From Bacteroidia bacterium (lineage in GTDB: Bacteria; Bacteroidota; Bacteroidia; AKYH767-A; JBBKVM01), in NCBI GenBank assembly GCA_037969175.1, contig JBBKWX010000055.1, positions 1 to 63,757 of the forward strand: 63,757 bases of DNA, read 5' to 3'. The notes below the pieces were generated by a model. The model was not told the DNA's origin, made no database searches, and saw nothing but the letters and a program-made list of their open reading frames with translations. Both the position numbers and the translations under genes were made by a program. Shown piece after piece: positions 1 to 10,900 of the stretch; the stretch's first letter is position 1; each line of letters opens with the position of its first letter.

Positions 1-1071
1 AGCAATTCAGGAGCATTTTTGATGAAGACAGATTCTGCAGGAAATCAGATCTGGTATCAAACTTACTCTGGATTTGGTGTTACACAAGCAAAAAGCATGA
101 ATGTGAATCCGGATGGTACGATCATGATCATAGGTTTTCAAAGTGATTCTACGGGAAGCAATGATATCTGGCTGGCTAAGCTGGATGCATCAGGAAACAT
201 GATCTGGGAGCAAAAATACGGCGGAAGAGATAATGATTATGGAATGAATGTTTTTGATATACCCGGGGGAGATTACATGATCACCGGAGATACCAGATCG
301 AATTCGATAGGGGGTTATGATATTTATGCAGCCAGAATTGGACCTTTGGGAAATGTGATCTGGAATATTCTATTAGGAGATAGTCTTAATAATGGCTGCC
401 AGGGTGCGATCAAATGCAATGATGGTTCGATCCTGATCTATGGTGAAACAGAAGTATATTCCGGTTCTCCGTTCAATTATTATTTTACAAAAATTGATAC
501 TTCGGGGAATGTGCTATGGACCAATACTCAAGGCGGCCTTGGCTCTGATGCAGCCTTCACTGCTGTCGAGATCAATGGAGGATATGTTTTTGGAGGATAT
601 TCTAACAGTGATAATCCGGGATCTCCGGTACGGGCCGTGCTATGTAAAACAGATCTGAGTGGAAATATTCTATCCGAAGTGGTCCATGGGGCGGGAGGGA
701 TTCATATCATCTATTCGATCTATGATGTGCCCGGTATCGGACTATTTAGTGGGGGCAGTAGTACATTAAATGGAAATGATGTCTTTCTTATTCATTCAGA
801 TTTCAACGGCCTGGTAACAGTCCCGTCCATACTTACAGAGCATAGAACCGACATTTATCCCAACCCTGCAACTGAGTCTTTCAGAATAAAAGATCTTAAA
901 AGGGATGATCTGGTCAGGATCTATGATGTGTATGGGAAATGTCAGTTTCACGTAAAAGTTGATTCTAATGAAGAAATAAGTCCCAAGCTCAAAAACGGCT
1001 ATTATCTGGTTCATATCCTTTCTGTAACCAGAAACTATTCGCTCCCATTAATCATTAATGATCATCAATAG
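1..1071 (+). CDS. T9SS type A sorting domain protein with beta-propeller-like W..YGG...D repeats (5'-truncated by the window edge)
   Basis: Frame is open from base 1; repeated blades (IWYQTYSG, IWEQKYGGRDNDYG, VIWNILLGD, VLWTNTQGG); C-terminal T9SS CTD (IYPNPAT...IYDVYGK...NGYYLVHI). Confidence 0.8.
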   Translation, partial: SNSGAFLMKTDSAGNQIWYQTYSGFGVTQAKSMNVNPDGTIMIIGFQSDSTGSNDIWLAKLDASGNMIWEQKYGGRDNDYGMNVFDIPGGDYMITGDTRSNSIGGYDIYAARIGPLGNVIWNILLGDSLNNGCQGAIKCNDGSILIYGETEVYSGSPFNYYFTKIDTSGNVLWTNTQGGLGSDAAFTAVEINGGYVFGGYSNSDNPGSPVRAVLCKTDLSGNILSEVVHGAGGIHIIYSIYDVPGIGLFSGGSSTLNGNDVFLIHSDFNGLVTVPSILTEHRTDIYPNPATESFRIKDLKRDDLVRIYDVYGKCQFHVKVDSNEEISPKLKNGYYLVHILSVTRNYSLPLIINDHQ

Positions 1072-1095
1072 ATTTCTTTATTTGAATTTTTTGGA

Positions 1096-1103
1096 TAAAT
1101 TTG
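1096..1103 (+). promoter_or_regulatory. Bacteroidota sigma-70 -7 element TAAATTTG
   Basis: Exact TAnnTTTG match 21 nt upstream of ATG 1125. Confidence 0.55.
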
Positions 1104-1124
1104 AAGCCTAACTCAATTACCAAA

Positions 1125-1835
1125 ATGAAAAAACTTTACTCATTGGCTTTGAGCTTGATCATTGCATTAAGTATCAATGCACAAGCCCCTGTGCTTACCG
1201 ATATCACAACCAATCTCCTTGGTGATATCAATTTCCAGATTGACGCACATGTAAAAGTGATCAATCCCGGATCTTCTGATATGCTGTTATTGGTTGAAAG
1301 AACAATTGATGATCTGACTCCCGGACATTACAGCAATTTTTGTTTTGGACCCAGTTGTTATGGTCCGGTTACAAGCATTGCTCAGGATACGGTTACTCTT
1401 TCTGCAGGAAATAATGATAATACGTTTAAAGGAACTTTGAGTCCATATGGTATTGTTGGAAATAGCAATGTGACCTATTGTTTTTATGATTATCGCAATA
1501 TGTCCGATTCGGCTTGTGTTACCTTTAATTATATGATTACCGGTGTTGGAATAAGTGAAAGTTCATCTGTTGAAGAAGGACTTTCAGTTCCTTATCCAAA
1601 CCCTGCAGATAAAATGAGCACTTTTTCATATCGCGCAAGCAATACTTCAGAGACACTTTCCATGATAATTTATAATGTGGCAGGTGCTATGGTGTACAAA
1701 CAAGAGCTTGAAGGCAACGCAGGAGCAGCAATTCTCATTACATCTGAATTGCCATCAGGAATCTATGTGACCCGATTAGAGTCGGATAGCCAGGTTTTTG
1801 GTACCCGTAGGCTAGTTGTAGCGCATAAGAATTAA
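1125..1835 (+). CDS. Secreted T9SS type A sorting domain protein with Cys pair (FCFGPSCYGP)
   Basis: Signal peptide MKKLYSLALSLIIALSINAQ; CTD PYPNPA...IYNVAG...LPSGIYV...RRLVV. ATG 1125 preferred over TTG 1101, which overlaps the promoter motif. Confidence 0.8.
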   Translation: MKKLYSLALSLIIALSINAQAPVLTDITTNLLGDINFQIDAHVKVINPGSSDMLLLVERTIDDLTPGHYSNFCFGPSCYGPVTSIAQDTVTLSAGNNDNTFKGTLSPYGIVGNSNVTYCFYDYRNMSDSACVTFNYMITGVGISESSSVEEGLSVPYPNPADKMSTFSYRASNTSETLSMIIYNVAGAMVYKQELEGNAGAAILITSELPSGIYVTRLESDSQVFGTRRLVVAHKN

Positions 1836-1855
1836 TATTTCAATTAAGACACCCT

Positions 1856-1885
1856 GCCCGCAGATATGATCTGCGGGCTTTTTAT
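1856..1885 (+). terminator. Rho-independent terminator
   Basis: Perfect 10-bp stem GCCCGCAGAT-ATG-ATCTGCGGGC followed by TTTTTATT. Confidence 0.9.
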
Positions 1886-1975
1886 TGTTTATAAATTCCT
1901 TAAAGCAATGCTCATCAGAACAGGTTGCCGAGAATAAAATTTGTAATTTAGCCGCCCTTCGTTTAAGAAAGAAAG

Positions 1976-4249
1976 ATGCCGAAAGTAACACGAAAACAAG
2001 ATGCCCTCGATTATCATTCATCCGGAAGACCGGGTAAAATAGAGGTCGTACCGACTAAACCTTATAGCTCACAAAGTGATCTGGCACTTGCCTATTCACC
2101 GGGTGTTGCAGAACCTTGTTTGAGGATTGCAGAAAATCCGGAAGATGTTTATAAATATACGGCGAAAGGAAATCTGGTTGCTGTTATCTCTAACGGAACC
2201 GCTGTGCTGGGTTTGGGAGATATCGGTCCTGCTGCATCCAAGCCGGTGATGGAAGGTAAAGGATTGCTTTTCAAGATCTTTGCTGATATTGATGTCTTTG
2301 ATATTGAAATTGATGAGACAGATGTAGAGCAGTTTGTCAGAACTGTTAAAGCGATCTCTCCAACTTTTGGTGGGATCAACTTGGAAGATATTAAAGCACC
2401 GGAGTGTTTTGAGATAGAAAGACGCCTCAAAGAAGAGCTGAATATTCCGGTCATGCATGATGATCAGCATGGAACAGCAATTATCTCAGCTGCAGCTTTA
2501 CTCAATGCACTTGAGTTGGCAAAAAAGAAAATTGGTAAAGTTTTGATTGTGGTAAATGGAGCAGGAGCCTCTGCAATATCCTGCGCCAAGCTGTATTTAT
2601 CTCTGGGTGCAAAACTTGAGAATATTGTGATGGTGGATAGCAAAGGTGTTATCACGAAAGATAGAGACAATCTGGATGCCTCAAAAAAGTTCTTTGCGAC
2701 CTCCAGGAAAAAGCTGATAACCCTTGAAGATGCCATGAAAGACGCAGATGTTTTTCTTGGATTATCCAAAGGCGATGTGGTTACTCAGAAAATGGTGAAA
2801 TCTATGGCGAAAAACCCTATCGTTTTTGCTTTGGCAAACCCGGATCCGGAAATTGCATATGACCTCGCGGTAGCTTCCAGAAAAGATATTATCCTTGCTA
2901 CAGGTCGTTCTGATTATCCCAATCAGGTGAATAACGTTCTTGGTTTTCCATATATATTCCGTGGTGCTTTGGATGTAAGAGCAACACGTATCAATGAAGC
3001 TATGAAGCTGGCAGCTGTTAGAGCACTGGCTGAACTTACCAAGCAACCTGTTCCGGAGATCGTGAACCTGGCATACAATGAAAAGAACATGGTTTTTGGC
3101 AGGGATTATATTATTCCTAAACCTCTTGATCCAAGACTAATAATTCATGTGGCACCTGCAGTTGCAAAGGCTGCTATCGAATCCGGTGTAGCACAACATA
3201 AGATCACAAATTGGGAAGAATATTCCGAGGAGCTGGGTAAAAGGCTTGGACTTGATAATAAGCTGATTCGGGTTATCACAACAAAAGCAAAGCAAAATCC
3301 GAAGCGTGTTGTGTTTGCTGAAGCGGATACCTATAAGATCCTTAAAGCAGCTCAAATTGTTCGCGATGAAGGAATTGCGATTCCAATTTTACTAGGCAAT
3401 GTAGAAAAGATCCAGAAGCTGATCGAAGAGAATAATCTGGATCTGGGCGACACTACCATCATTGACCCCAGAGCAGATGAGGATAAATTGAAAAGGTTTG
3501 GTGAACTTTTTTTCAAGAAAAGAGGTCGCAGAGGGTTTACTCTATATGAAGCTCGAAAGATCATGCGTGAACGTAATTATTACGGCGCAATGATGGTGGA
3601 GATAGGAGAGGCAGATGCTTTGATCTCCGGGCTTACCCGTAAATACAGTGATACAATTCGTCCTTCGCTGCAGATCATTGGTACAGATAAAGAGATTAAC
3701 AGAGTAGCCGGAATGTATATCATGGTGACCAAGAAAGGTCCTGTTTTCTTTGCGGATACAACGATCAATGTGAATCCGACAGTGGATGAACTGGTTGAAA
3801 TTACTGTGTTGACAGCCAAGGCTGTTCAGCAGTTCAATATAAAGCCAAGGATAGCATTGCTTTCCTTTTCAAATTACGGAAGCTCTGAAGATCCCAATGC
3901 AAAGAAGATAAGTCTGGCGGTTGAAAAACTCCATGAGAAATATCCTGAACTGATCGTTGATGGAGAGTTACAGGGTAATTTTGCTTTAAACACTAACTTA
4001 TTGGAAGATAATTTTCCATTTTCATCCTTGGTGAATGGAGGAGCAAATACCTTGATTTTCCCGAATCTGGATTCAGGAAATATTTCTTACAAACTGCTTC
4101 AGGAATTGGGTGGTGCCGAGGCCATCGGTCCCGTTTTATTGGGTCTCAAAAAAGCTGTGCATATTCTTCAACTGGGAAGCAGTGTTAGGGAAATTGTAAA
4201 TATGATCACCATTGCAGTGGTTGATGCACAAAGCAGAGATCGCAAATGA
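1976..4249 (+). CDS. maeB: NADP-dependent malic enzyme with phosphotransacetylase-like C-terminal domain
   Basis: 757 aa; [44 protein letters not shown] motifs; PTA-like domain (RVVFAE..., DGELQ). Confidence 0.95.
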   Translation: MPKVTRKQDALDYHSSGRPGKIEVVPTKPYSSQSDLALAYSPGVAEPCLRIAENPEDVYKYTAKGNLVAVISNGTAVLGLGDIGPAASKPVMEGKGLLFKIFADIDVFDIEIDETDVEQFVRTVKAISPTFGGINLEDIKAPECFEIERRLKEELNIPVMHDDQHGTAIISAAALLNALELAKKKIGKVLIVVNGAGASAISCAKLYLSLGAKLENIVMVDSKGVITKDRDNLDASKKFFATSRKKLITLEDAMKDADVFLGLSKGDVVTQKMVKSMAKNPIVFALANPDPEIAYDLAVASRKDIILATGRSDYPNQVNNVLGFPYIFRGALDVRATRINEAMKLAAVRALAELTKQPVPEIVNLAYNEKNMVFGRDYIIPKPLDPRLIIHVAPAVAKAAIESGVAQHKITNWEEYSEELGKRLGLDNKLIRVITTKAKQNPKRVVFAEADTYKILKAAQIVRDEGIAIPILLGNVEKIQKLIEENNLDLGDTTIIDPRADEDKLKRFGELFFKKRGRRGFTLYEARKIMRERNYYGAMMVEIGEADALISGLTRKYSDTIRPSLQIIGTDKEINRVAGMYIMVTKKGPVFFADTTINVNPTVDELVEITVLTAKAVQQFNIKPRIALLSFSNYGSSEDPNAKKISLAVEKLHEKYPELIVDGELQGNFALNTNLLEDNFPFSSLVNGGANTLIFPNLDSGNISYKLLQELGGAEAIGPVLLGLKKAVHILQLGSSVREIVNMITIAVVDAQSRDRK

Positions 4250-4827
4250 TAGAATTTCTTGAGGGCAGATTGATCGAAAAAACACCCACACATCTGGTGA
4301 TAGATGTAGGAGGCGTTGGTTATTTTGTAAATATTTCGCTGTACACATACGGCAAAGTTGGAACGGAAGAGAAGATCAAAGTACATACGCATCTGAGTAT
4401 CAAAGAAGATGCACATACCTTATATGGTTTCTTGGAAAAAGAAGAAAGAGAGTTGTTCAGACAATTGATCTCTGTAAATGGGGTGGGTGCCGGAACCGCT
4501 AGGATGATCTTATCATCACTTAGTCCTTCGGAAGTATCACAGGCTATAGCAAAAGGTGATGCAGGAACTTTACAGCGAATCAAAGGAATTGGAGCCAAAT
4601 CGGCATTAAGGATTATTATTGATCTGAAAGATAAGATAAGGACAGATGATAGTCATTTACTTTTGAAAGGTTCAGGCAATACCATGCGAGATGAGTCGTT
4701 AAGTGCACTCCTTGCCTTAGGTTTTGGTAAAGCCCAGATTGAAAAGGTAATGGATGGATTGGCTAAAAAAGGCGAATCTCCTTCAACAGTGGAGGAATTG
4801 ATAAAACTAGCATTGAAGAACCTTTGA
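4246..4827 (+). CDS. ruvA: Holliday junction branch migration protein RuvA
   Basis: VIDVGGVGY, LYGF, LISVNGVGAG and IKGIGAKSA HhH motifs; ALLALGF domain III. Confidence 0.95.
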   Translation: MIEFLEGRLIEKTPTHLVIDVGGVGYFVNISLYTYGKVGTEEKIKVHTHLSIKEDAHTLYGFLEKEERELFRQLISVNGVGAGTARMILSSLSPSEVSQAIAKGDAGTLQRIKGIGAKSALRIIIDLKDKIRTDDSHLLLKGSGNTMRDESLSALLALGFGKAQIEKVMDGLAKKGESPSTVEELIKLALKNL

Positions 4828-4874
4828 TAAGGAGTATTTTAGTAAAACAAGAGTAGATTAATTTGTATAATTTA

Positions 4875-4897
4875 GGCCCTTCAAACAGGGTTTTTTA
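4875..4897 (+). terminator. Weak terminator-like hairpin between ruvA and sprA
   Basis: GGCCCT-TCAAAC-AGGGTT followed by a T run; short stem with G-T pairs. Confidence 0.35.
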
Positions 4898-4960
4898 TTT
4901 TTCATCTGAACAATAACAAGTGTGATTCGGAGTAAATAAAATATAAGGACAGGAAAAGGA

Positions 4961-7900
4961 TTGAACAGTTTTATTAAATATTTCGGCGGAATGGGAGCCG
5001 CCGGTGTTATGCTTACGGGTGTATGGGCTGCTGCACCTGTTCATCTTAGCAAGAATTTTTTGGATCCGATGACCATGGCTCCGGCAGATTCTGATTCTAC
5101 AACCCTGCCTTATCCTTTTCCGGATAATATCGCAGATCCTTTCTCGAATAGTGGTTCTCAAAGTCCCATGTATATGGGCGATCCTTCAAATGTGAATACC
5201 ACGATTGAATATGATCCCTTTGACCGGCAATACAACATCAATCAAAATATTGGATCCATGTTTTACAGGAATCCTTCTTATATGCGATTTGATGATTTTG
5301 TAGAACAGGAATTTAGAAATTCTACACGAAATTACTGGAAGCAGAGAGCAGGAGAGGAAAGTCAGGTTGGCCGTAAAGGACTGATTCCGAAATTACATGT
5401 GGGTGGCCAGGTCTTCGACAGGATCTTTGGAGGAAACACGATAGATATAAGACCTCAGGGATCAGCCGAGCTGGTTTTTGGAGCTAATATTTCCCGAAAT
5501 GAAAATCCTTCTCTGCCTGAAAAACAAAGAAGTCTTAGCACATTCGATTTTAAGGAAAAGATCCAGATGAATGTGATCGGAAATATCGGCGACAAACTAA
5601 AGATCACAACAAATTATAATACAGAAGCGACATTTGATTTTGAGAATCAGATGAAGCTGGAATACACCGGATACGAAGATGAGATCATTAAAAAGATAGA
5701 AGCAGGTAACGTAACGCTTCCATTGACAGGCTCATTGATAACAGGAAGTCAAAGTCTTTTTGGAATAAAAACAGCGCTTCAGTTTGGTCGATTAACCATG
5801 ACCTCGGTATTTAGTCAACAAAAGGGAAAGACTTCATCAGTGCGCGTTACAGGTGGAGCTCAAACAAGTACATTTGATATTGCAGCTGATCAGTACGAAG
5901 CCAATAAACACTATTTTATTTCTCAATATTTTAGAGATAATTATGAAATTGCATTATCAAATTTGCCTATCATAAATTCTCCGGTAAACATTAACCGAAT
6001 AGAAGTTTGGGTAACAAATAGAACAGGCGTAGTTGACAATACAAGAAATATTGTAGCTTTCATGGATTTGGGAGAAAGGAATTTCTATAACCAGGGAAGT
6101 ATCATTCAACCCAACCCGAACGCTCCGATCTACCCAACAGATTCTGCCAATACACTCTATTCAGAACTTGTTACGAATTACAATCAGATACGAGATATCA
6201 ATGTTGTAAATACAAACAATGGATTATTACAACTCCAACCAAACTTCACATCTCCCACTGATTATGAAAAGTTAGAGAATGCAAGAAAACTTAATCCGGC
6301 TGAATATACATACAACGCTAGATTGGGATTCATTTCATTGAATCAGGCACTGAATGCAGATGAGGTGCTTGCAGTTGCATTTGAATATACCGTTGGAAAT
6401 ACGATCTACAGAGTAGGTGATCTGAGTACCGGTGGTATCAATGCACCAAGTGCACTTTTTGTAAAACTGTTGAAAAGTACGAATGTCAGTACCAAGCTTC
6501 CTACCTGGGGTTTGATGATGAAGAATATTTATTCAATAGGAGCATTTCAAGTAAATCAAAAAGATTTCAGGCTGGATGTTTTGTATTTCGATTCGAATAA
6601 TGGAAACTACATAAATTATATTCCTGCAGGACCAACGGAACCAAGAGTAAATGGAATTCCTTTGATTCAATTATTAAATCTCGACAGACTGAATTCTCAG
6701 AATGATCCGCAGCCGGATGGTGTTTTTGACTTTATTCCGGCAACCACGATCAATACCGCAAACGGTAGGGTCATATTTCCGGTCGTCGAACCATTCGGAA
6801 ATTATTTGAAATCAAAATTTGATACGCTCAATTCAAACTTGTTCAATAATTATGTTTTCAATGCGCTGTATGATTCGACAAGAAGTACAGCCCAGCAACA
6901 ATTTCCACAACTCAACAAATTTAGTCTGCGCGGATCTTACCAAAGCTCTTCCAGTTCTGAGATCCCTTTGAATGCGTTTAATATTCCTCAAGGTGCAGTG
7001 ACTGTTACGGCAGGTGGTATAAAACTTACAGAAAATATTGATTACACAGTAGATTATAACCTGGGTAGAGTAAAGATCATTAATCAGGGAATTTTAAATT
7101 CTGGTACACCGATCGATATCAGTTTGGAAAGTAATTCATTATTCTCCATCCAAAGTAAAACCCTGATCGGAACACGATTGGATTATCAAGTAAATAAAGA
7201 GTTCTCTTTAGGTGGAACGATCTTGCATTTAAATGAAAGACCGCTTACCAAAAAAATTAATATTGGAGATGAGCCGATCTCAAATACGATCTGGGGTCTT
7301 GACGGAACCTGGAGAACGGACTCCCGATTCATCACCAAAATGGTGGATAAGATTCCATTCATTGAAACCAAAGCTCCTTCACAAGTCACTGTCACCGGAG
7401 AGTTCGCACAGTTTGTTCCGGGCCATCCAAATTCAATCTCCAAAGAAGGTACTTCTTATATTGATGATTTTGAAGGAAGCCAAAGTACCATCGATCTAAA
7501 GAATATAGGATCCTGGTTCATGGCAAGTACACCACAAAATCAGACAGATCTTTTTCCTGAAGGAGCATTGAGTAATAATTTAACATTTGGTTTTAATCGG
7601 GCACGACTTGGTTGGTATATTATAGATCCATTATTCTACAGAAATAATTCGCTTACTCCTGATCATATCAAGAACGATCCCAATCAACAGAGTAATCATT
7701 ATGTAAGGGAAGTTTTGGAAACTGAAATATTTCCAAACAAAGAAAGCGCTACCGGACAAGCTACCAGTTTGTCAGTTTTGAATCTTGCATATTATCCAAA
7801 TGAAAGAGGCCCTTATAACTATGATGTGGATGGTCTTGCCGGATTCTCAAGCGGTTTGAACGCAGATGGTTCACTTGCAAATCCAACCAGCAGATGGGCA

Positions 7901-10900
7901 GGTATGCAAAGAAGAATTGAGACCAATGATTTTGAAGCAGCCAACGTAGAGTATATAGAATTCTGGATGCTTGATCCATTCATTTATGGAAATACAGCAG
8001 GTGGGGATCTTTATTTTAATCTGGGTAATGTTTCGGAAGATATTTTACGTGACGGCAGAAAAAGTTTTGAGAACGGTTTGCCCTCTCCAAATAATGTGGT
8101 GCCAACAGCAGCTACAGCATGGGGACTTGTTCCACAAAATCAAAGTATCGTAAATGCATTTGATAATGATGAAGCATCGAGGGCTTTTCAGGATGTTGGA
8201 TTGGATGGATTGAGAACGATTGATGAAAGAACTTTTTTTGACAGTACTTATGTTTCCAGAGTAGGACAAATTTTCGGTACAGGATCAACAGCATATATCA
8301 ATGCATTGGATGATCCGTCATCAGATAACTTTCATTATTTCAGAGGAAGCGATTTCGATAATGGACAGGTAACTATCCTGAATCGATACAAGAGATTCAA
8401 TAATCAGGAAGGAAATAGTCCAACTTCATCACAATCTACAGAATCATATCCTACTTCATCTACAACGATTCCTGATGGAGAAGATATCAATAGGGATAAT
8501 ACACTTAGTGAAGCAGAAAATTATTATCAGTATAAAGTAAAGATCACACCTACAGATCTTGAAGTAGGAAAGAATTTTATTACGGATAAAGTAACAGCAA
8601 CTGTTAAGCTGGCAAACAATAATGTAGAAACAGTAACCTGGTATCAGGTGAGGATTCCTGTTCAGGATCCTGAACGTGTAGTTGGTTCTATTGAAGATTT
8701 TAAATCGATCCGATTCATGCGCATGTTCATGAAAGGATTTGACTCTAATATCATTATAAGATTTGCAAAATTCCAACTTGTACGTGGTGAATGGAGAAAA
8801 TATAATTTTGATCTTTCTCAAGCGGGTGAATATGTTCCAATCGATAATAGTTCAGGAACAACATTCGATGTAGCAACAGTCAACATTGAAGAAAATTCAA
8901 ATCGTACTCCTATTCCTTATGTATTGCCACCGGGGATCGATCGCGAAACCAATATTGGAACAAGTAATCTGCAACAACTGAATGAGCAAAGTCTTGTGTT
9001 GAAGACATGCAATCTGGAAGACGGTCATGCAAGGGCTGCATACAAGACCACACAGTTTGATGTTCGTACTTACAAGCGTATAAAAATGTTTATCCATGCG
9101 GAAGCCGGTAAAGCAGGAGAAGTGCTCAAGAATGGTGACATGAGTGTGTTCATCAGATTTGGAACTGACTTTAACAGCAACTATTACGAATACGAAATTC
9201 CATTAACCATCACGCCGGATGGAACTACAAACCCGGATATTATTTGGCCATCATCTAACTTAATGGATATTGAATTAGAGAAGATGCAGCTGGTAAAACA
9301 ACAGAGAAATGTTGCAATGCAGCGTGACCCGCTGAATTTTTCTTTCATAACACCTTTCACAGGTAGTGATGGAACTAACAGAATAACAGTTGTCGGAAAT
9401 CCAAATTTGAGTAATGTGAGAACCATTATGATCGGTGTAAGGAATCCGAAAAAAGTTTCTCTTACGGATGGCGATGACGGGCTTGCAAAATGTGCAGAGA
9501 TCTGGGTAAATGAACTGCGTTTATCAGATTTTGATGAGAGCGGAGGATGGGCAGCAAATGCAAGGATCACTACTAAGCTTGCTGATTTTGGAACAGTGAC
9601 TTTAGCAGGAAGCAGAAGTACTTTTGGCTTTGGAAGTCTTGAGAAAAAGGTAGCTGAAAGAAGTCAGAATGACATTACAAGTTATGATGTTTCAAGCACA
9701 CTTGAATTAGGTAAATTCTTCCCTGAGAAAACCGGGATTCGTGTTCCCATGTATCTTGGATATTCTGAAACATTCAGCAACCCGCAATACAATCCGCTTG
9801 ATCCGGATATCAAATTGAAAACTGCTTTGGAAGCAGCTGAAAATAAAACGCAAAGAGATTCCATCATAAAACTTACCCAGGATTATACCATGCGTAAAGG
9901 TGTCAACTTTACCAATGTGAAAAAGGATAGAATAGGTTCGGCGAAAGCAAAAATTTATGATGTTGAGAATCTTTCGTTGACTTACGCTTACACTGAGGAA
10001 TTCAAACACAGTATCAATACTGAATTTGATTCCAGAAAAACATATAATGGAGCATTGGGTTATAATTTTTCTGCTCAACCTAAACACTTGACACCATTGA
10101 GTAAAGTGAATGTTTTTGGTAAATCCAAATACAGTAAACTCATCTCTGATCTCAACTTCAATTACAAGCCATCTACACTCGCTTTCAGAACAGATATAAA
10201 CAGAACATATCAGGAAGCACAAGTTAGAAATACAGCAGCGCTGAACATAAAACTGGATCCAACATATTACAAAGATTTCAGGTGGAATAGGAGATATGAA
10301 TTCCGCCATGACATCACAAAATCATTGAAGTTTGATTTTAATGCAAATAACGATTCTAGAGTTGATGAACCTGCAGGTAAACTAGACACGCAAGCAAAAA
10401 AGGATTCTCTTTGGGGAAATTTCTGGGATCTGGGAAGAAATACAAAGTATCATCATACCGGTAATGTAACCTATGCATTACCAATGTCAAAACTTCCTTT
10501 TCTGGATTGGACAACTGTGAATGCAAGATATACGGTTGACTATGACTGGCAGGCTCCTTCACTTGCAGCTATCAATTTTGGTAATACAATACAGAATTCA
10601 AACCGTAAAGAATTGAATACGCAATTCAACATGGTCAATCTGTATAATAAGATCAAAGTTCTTAAGAAGATCAATGACGAGAAACCTAAAAACACAGGTC
10701 GACCGTTGGCACCTTCACCACCCAAGAATCCAGCCGATTCATCCAAGAAAGAAAAGGTAATTCCTCCTGCAGTTAAAGTGGTAGCGAAATTCTTTATGGG
10801 AGTGAAAAATATCTCTGTGAATTATTCGGAAACGAATGGAACGATGCTTCCGGGCTATACACCCGGTTATACAGTTTTGGGTCAGGACTGGCAGCAACTG

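Noticed and set aside
9707-10309. 200-aa antisense ORF inside sprA and the many other 60-145 aa shadow ORFs
   Set aside because: Fully nested opposite or out of frame to well-supported genes, with no protein-like motifs.
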